From contig CP182352.1 of assembly GCA_048571215.1 (NCBI GenBank), positions 3,008,001 to 3,072,000 of the forward strand: a DNA stretch of 64,000 nt. The letters run 5' to 3'. Of the stretch, positions 59,610-64,000 are shown piece after piece. The stretch comes from Halarcobacter sp. GTDB lineage: Bacteria; Campylobacterota; Campylobacteria; Campylobacterales; Arcobacteraceae. Numbering within the stretch: the first letter of the stretch is position 1; the number at the start of each line of letters is the position of its first letter. The notes under the pieces were generated by a model. The model saw nothing but the letters and a program-made list of their open reading frames with translations, searched no databases and was not told the DNA's origin. The position numbers were made by a program, and so were the translations under genes.

Positions 59610-60710
59610 ATGGATTCTTCTTATGTAGTTTTCAAAAATGTTAAGAAAACCTATGACAATAAAAAATTGGTTGTAAAAGATTTTAATGTAGATGTAAAAA
59701 AAGGTGAGTTTCTAACTATGCTTGGACCATCAGGAAGTGGTAAAACTACATGTTTAATGATGCTTGCAGGGTTTGAGAGTATTAGTAGTGGAGAGATTTT
59801 ATTAAATGGAAAAACAATAAATGATATCCCTCCATATAAAAGAAATATCGGTGTAGTTTTTCAAAACTATGCATTGTTTCCACATATGACAATCTCAGAA
59901 AATCTAGCTTACCCATTGAAAATTAGAAAAATGGATAAAGCAACAATAAAACAGAAGGTTGAAAAAGCACTTTCTTTAGTTGAACTATTAGATTTTGAAA
60001 ATAGATATCCAACTCAACTCTCAGGTGGTCAAAAACAGCGTGTTGCACTGGCAAGAGTTTTAATCTATGAACCAGAGATTATCTTGATGGATGAGCCTTT
60101 AGGTGCTTTAGATAAAAAACTAAGAGAACAGATGCAATATGAAATCAAAAGAATACATGATGAGCTAAAACTTACAATCATCTATATTACACACGATCAA
60201 ACAGAAGCTCTTACTATGTCAGACAGGATAGTTATCTTTAATGATGGGGTAGCACAACAAATTGATGCTCCTAAAAAACTTTATGAAGAACCTGCTAATT
60301 CATTTGTTGCAAACTTTATGGGAGACAACAATCAGATTAAAGGTAAAGTTATAGGTGATTGTAGTGATGAAAAAGGGATTATAGATGTTGAAACAAAATT
60401 TGGTATTGTAAAAGCACTAAATGTAAACAACTATAAAACAGGAACTAAAACAATCATCTCGATCAGACCTGAAAATGTTCTAATTGATCCAGATTCAAGC
60501 TTAGGTATAAAAAATATCTTTGAAGCAACTATCAAAGATCTTTTATATATTGGGGATCACTTAAGGTTAATACTGACAATTGGCAATGATAACCATGAGG
60601 TAGTAAGTAGACATAATGTTTCAAGGGATTCAGAAACTTATAAAAAGGGTGATGTTGTAAAAGTGGGATGGCATAGAAGAGACTCTCGTGCACTTGATTT
60701 CAACATATAA
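59610..60710 (+). CDS. PotA-like ABC transporter ATPase
   Basis: GPSGSGKT, FQNYALFPHM, LSGGQKQR, LDKKLRE. Confidence 0.9.
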   Translation: MDSSYVVFKNVKKTYDNKKLVVKDFNVDVKKGEFLTMLGPSGSGKTTCLMMLAGFESISSGEILLNGKTINDIPPYKRNIGVVFQNYALFPHMTISENLAYPLKIRKMDKATIKQKVEKALSLVELLDFENRYPTQLSGGQKQRVALARVLIYEPEIILMDEPLGALDKKLREQMQYEIKRIHDELKLTIIYITHDQTEALTMSDRIVIFNDGVAQQIDAPKKLYEEPANSFVANFMGDNNQIKGKVIGDCSDEKGIIDVETKFGIVKALNVNNYKTGTKTIISIRPENVLIDPDSSLGIKNIFEATIKDLLYIGDHLRLILTIGNDNHEVVSRHNVSRDSETYKKGDVVKVGWHRRDSRALDFNI

Positions 60711-60736
60711 ATAAAAATATTTAAAAAGGAAAAATA

Positions 60737-61759
60737 ATGAAAAAAATAGTATTAGCAGCAACTTTGACAGTAGCAAGTTTATTTGCAAGTAATAGTGTAA
60801 CCGTAGTATCTTTTGGAGGAGCATATAGTGATGCACAAAAGAAACATATGTTTGATCCATTTGAAAAAGACAGTGGAATAAAAGTGTTATTTGATACTTA
60901 TAAAGGTGGAACCGCAGAGATAAAAGCTCAAGTTGAATCAGGAACTGTAAAATGGGATGTGGTAGATATTGATTATGTAGACTTAGAAAAAGCATGTAGT
61001 GAGAACCTACTAGAAAAAATTGATCACTCTTTTTTACCAAAAGGTGCTAATGGTGTAGCTGCTAAAGATGACTTTTTTCCAGAGGCTTTAAAAAGTGAAT
61101 GTGCTGTTGGAAATATTTTCTGGTCAGTTGTATTTGCATACAATGATAAGTTTATTGGGAAAAATAAACCAAAGACTATGGCTGATTTTTTTAATGTGAA
61201 AAAATTCCCAGGGAAAAGAGCCCTTAAAAAAAGACCTCAAATCAACCTAGAATGGGCACTTATTGCTGATGGTGTAGCACCAAAAGATGTATATGATGTA
61301 CTTGAGACTGAAAAGGGTGTAAAAAGAGCATTTGCAAAATTAGATACTATTAAAGACTATATTGTTTGGTATGACTCATGGTCTCAAGCTCCTCAATTAT
61401 TAAATGATGGATCAGCTGTTATGGCACAAGCAGCAAATGGTAGACTTACAGATTTTAATATCATTTGGGAAGGACAAGGATTCGACCTTGGTGGTTGGGC
61501 TATTGTAAAAGGTAGTAAAAATAAAGAAGAAGCAAAAAAATTTATTGCATTTGCTACAAGAACAAAACCATTATCAGGCATGAGTGATGTAAACTATGGT
61601 GGTACTAGAAAATCAGTAGAAGCACTTCTTTCAAAAGAAAAACTAAATAAACTACCAACTTCTCACTTAGATAAAGGGTTCAAAGTAGATAGTGAGTTCT
61701 GGACAGACTTTAGTACAGAATTAAATGAGAAATTCAATATTTGGCTATTAAAAAAATAA
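60737..61759 (+). CDS. PotD/F-like periplasmic binding protein
   Basis: Signal peptide, VSFGGAY, QVESG.V.WDVVD, KKFPGKR, LE.ALIADGV. Confidence 0.88.
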   Translation: MKKIVLAATLTVASLFASNSVTVVSFGGAYSDAQKKHMFDPFEKDSGIKVLFDTYKGGTAEIKAQVESGTVKWDVVDIDYVDLEKACSENLLEKIDHSFLPKGANGVAAKDDFFPEALKSECAVGNIFWSVVFAYNDKFIGKNKPKTMADFFNVKKFPGKRALKKRPQINLEWALIADGVAPKDVYDVLETEKGVKRAFAKLDTIKDYIVWYDSWSQAPQLLNDGSAVMAQAANGRLTDFNIIWEGQGFDLGGWAIVKGSKNKEEAKKFIAFATRTKPLSGMSDVNYGGTRKSVEALLSKEKLNKLPTSHLDKGFKVDSEFWTDFSTELNEKFNIWLLKK

Positions 61760-61788
61760 ACAATTTAAGATTTGGGAGTATATAAACT

Positions 61789-63006
61789 ATGAATGATATT
61801 TCTTTTAAAAAAACAAATAGAAAAGAGAAACTAAAAGCATTTGCTTTAGTTTCCCCTTTACTTATATTTGTCTTGATATTTTTTGTTACACCTATTTGTA
61901 TAATTTTGGTTAAAGGAATATATAATCCTAAAATAAATACATTACTTCCAAAAACTGTTGTATCAATTCAAGCTTATAAATATACACAAGGATTTCCCAA
62001 AGAACAGACTTTAAAACTCTTTTTAGAAGAGCTTAAAACTCTATCTAAAGAGGGTAATAGTGGAGTATTAGCAGAAGAGTTAAATAGACAAGTAGCTGGT
62101 TTTGGAAGTACTATAAAAAGAACAGCAAGAAAACTAAAAAAAATAAAAATAGATGAGATATCATCTTATAAAGAGTATTTACTAAAAATCTCTAAAAGAT
62201 GGAATAATCCCAAATACTGGCTTACACTAAAAAGAGCTGAACACAGTTTTACTTTAAGTTATATACTTGCAGCAGTTGATGCTGAATATAATCTTGAAGG
62301 TAAAATAGTAAAAAAAGATGAATCCTCTCGTATTTATCTACCAATATTGATAAAAACACTATATATGGCTTTTTTAATCACTATTATTACTATTATTTTA
62401 GCTTATCCCACATCATATTTTTTATCAACTTTATCTACAGCTAAAGCAAACTTATTAATGATTTTTGTTCTATTACCATTTTGGACATCTATTTTAGTAA
62501 GGATTGTTTCATGGATTACTCTACTCCAAGAAAAAGGTGTAGTAAATGATATTTTGCTACATCTAAATATAATAAATCAACCTTTAGAGATGATGTTTAA
62601 CCAATTTGCAACCATAATTACAATGAGTCATATTCTTTTACCTTTTATGGTATTGCCACTATATGGATCGATGAGAGCAATGGATAAAGCTTATTTAAAA
62701 GCCTCTTCATCTTTAGGAGCTAATCCAACGACTACATTCTTTAAAATATATTTTCCACTGACAATCCCTGGACTTAGTGCAGGATCGATTTTAGTGTTTA
62801 TTATCGCTATTGGATACTACATTACTCCAGCACTTGTAGGTGGAGTAGATGGTCAAATGATTAGTAATATGATTGAGTTTCATATGAGAAATTCAAACAA
62901 CTGGGAACTAGCTTCAGCTATGGGTGGTATTTTGCTGTTTATTACAATAGTACTTTACTACACTTATAATAAGTTAGTTGGCGTTAATAGTTTAAAATTA
63001 GGATAA
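61789..63006 (+). CDS. PotB-like ABC permease
   Basis: VLLPFWTSILVR, LPFMVLP, GYYITPALVGG. Confidence 0.88.
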   Translation: MNDISFKKTNRKEKLKAFALVSPLLIFVLIFFVTPICIILVKGIYNPKINTLLPKTVVSIQAYKYTQGFPKEQTLKLFLEELKTLSKEGNSGVLAEELNRQVAGFGSTIKRTARKLKKIKIDEISSYKEYLLKISKRWNNPKYWLTLKRAEHSFTLSYILAAVDAEYNLEGKIVKKDESSRIYLPILIKTLYMAFLITIITIILAYPTSYFLSTLSTAKANLLMIFVLLPFWTSILVRIVSWITLLQEKGVVNDILLHLNIINQPLEMMFNQFATIITMSHILLPFMVLPLYGSMRAMDKAYLKASSSLGANPTTTFFKIYFPLTIPGLSAGSILVFIIAIGYYITPALVGGVDGQMISNMIEFHMRNSNNWELASAMGGILLFITIVLYYTYNKLVGVNSLKLG

Positions 63007-63010
63007 AAAA

Positions 63011-63862
63011 ATGATAAATAGTTTTTTAGAAAAATTTATATATAAAAAATTCAACTTATTTACAAAGTTATTTAGTTATGGGGTGTTTTTATTTTTAGTT
63101 TTACCTATTATTATAGTTGTGCCACTCTCTTTTAACTCAGGTTCATTTTTTACATTCACACATGAAATGTTAAGTTTAAATCCAGATGGGTTTTCACTTA
63201 GATGGTATGAGGAGTTTTTAGGAAGTGAAGATTGGATGATAGCAATAAAAAATTCATTTTTTATTGCTATAGTTAGTAGTTTTTTAGCTATTGTTTTGGG
63301 AACTATTGCTGCCCTTGGATTAAACAATGAGAAAATGCCTTTTAAAGGTGCACTAATGATTCTTTTCATCTCACCAATGATTGTACCTCTTATTATCCTT
63401 GCAGCTGGAATGTACTTTTTTTACTCTTATACTGGATTATTAAATAGTTATACTGGAATCATCATAGCCCATGCAATATTAGGTTCACCTTTTGTTGTAA
63501 TAAATGTTTTAACCTCTTTAAGTACTTATGATTTAAATCTTACTCGAGCATCATATAGTTTAGGAGCTAATCCTATAGCTACATTTTTTAATATCACATT
63601 TCCCTTAATTAGACCAGGGATTATTTCGGGTGGATTATTTGCTTTTGTTACATCTTTTGATGAAGTTGTAATTATTTTATTTTTAGCAAATCCAGAGCAA
63701 GGAACTATTCCTAAGCAGATGTTTACAGGATTAAGGGAACAAATAAGTCCAACTATATTAGCAGCATCAACTTTGTTATTACTTTTTTCTGTAATTTTAC
63801 TTGTAAGTATTCAATATATTCAAAGAAGAAAAGAAAAACTAAGAATTGGTGGTGGTGAGTGA
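63011..63862 (+). CDS. PotC-like ABC permease
   Basis: FSLRWY, PMIVP, SFDEVV. Confidence 0.88.
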   Translation: MINSFLEKFIYKKFNLFTKLFSYGVFLFLVLPIIIVVPLSFNSGSFFTFTHEMLSLNPDGFSLRWYEEFLGSEDWMIAIKNSFFIAIVSSFLAIVLGTIAALGLNNEKMPFKGALMILFISPMIVPLIILAAGMYFFYSYTGLLNSYTGIIIAHAILGSPFVVINVLTSLSTYDLNLTRASYSLGANPIATFFNITFPLIRPGIISGGLFAFVTSFDEVVIILFLANPEQGTIPKQMFTGLREQISPTILAASTLLLLFSVILLVSIQYIQRRKEKLRIGGGE

Positions 63863-63875
63863 TTTATTCACCACC
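63851..63875 (+). other. Stem-loop spanning the permease stop codon
   Basis: GGTGGTGAGT / ATTCACCACC. Confidence 0.55.
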
Positions 63876-63955
63876 CAGTTTAAATACAAACTTTCCCAAT
63901 CTTTCAATTGGGTTAGCCTATAAAAATTTTTAAATATTAAAAGAGGAAAATATAT

Positions 63956-64000
63956 ATGCAAAATTATTTTAACCAACCACAAAATGGAAATGATATGCCA
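63956..64000 (+). CDS. 5' start of a probable agmatinase/guanidinobutyrase-family ureohydrolase (partial)
   Basis: GAGG RBS; MQNYFNQPQNGNDMP resembles the QPxxGNEMPRF N-terminus of that family; only 15 codons visible. Confidence 0.55.
   Translation, partial: MQNYFNQPQNGNDMP

Overview
AT-rich bacterial chromosomal window, most consistent with Campylobacterota (Arcobacteraceae-like; inferred from composition, the VRRTITKYR RpoN box and GGAA-type sigma54 promoters). Positions ~1.1-38 kb are a Mo-nitrogenase (nif) region: nifE, nifN, nifX, DUF269-like, flavodoxin, nifW, nifZ, ferredoxins, a local rpoN, nifH-orf119-nifDK, modE/modABC plus a second modAB and modD, nifT, nifA, a SIR2-like gene, a clpX paralog and fdxN. 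It is interrupted by a pstSCAB-phoU operon and several unrelated genes. nifB/S/U/V are not in the window. Positions ~38-64 kb hold organic-nitrogen scavenging loci: two-component regulators, urtABCDE, TRAP plus a GGT/HpxW-like amidohydrolase, ureidoglycolate lyase, an orphan ureD-like gene, a Pot-like ABC transporter and the start of an agmatinase-family gene. The most unusual signals are: (1) a Shethna-II/FeSII-like protein that has lost all four cluster cysteines; (2) three thiol-peroxidase-fold paralogs lacking the peroxidatic Cys and catalytic Arg; (3) an unrecognised 119-aa gene between nifH and nifD, beside a NifH with a ~12-aa insertion; (4) tandem sigma54 promoters driving an unannotated 32-aa membrane peptide and a ~60-nt hairpin RNA. 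All homology calls are by eye and from memory; no searches were run.
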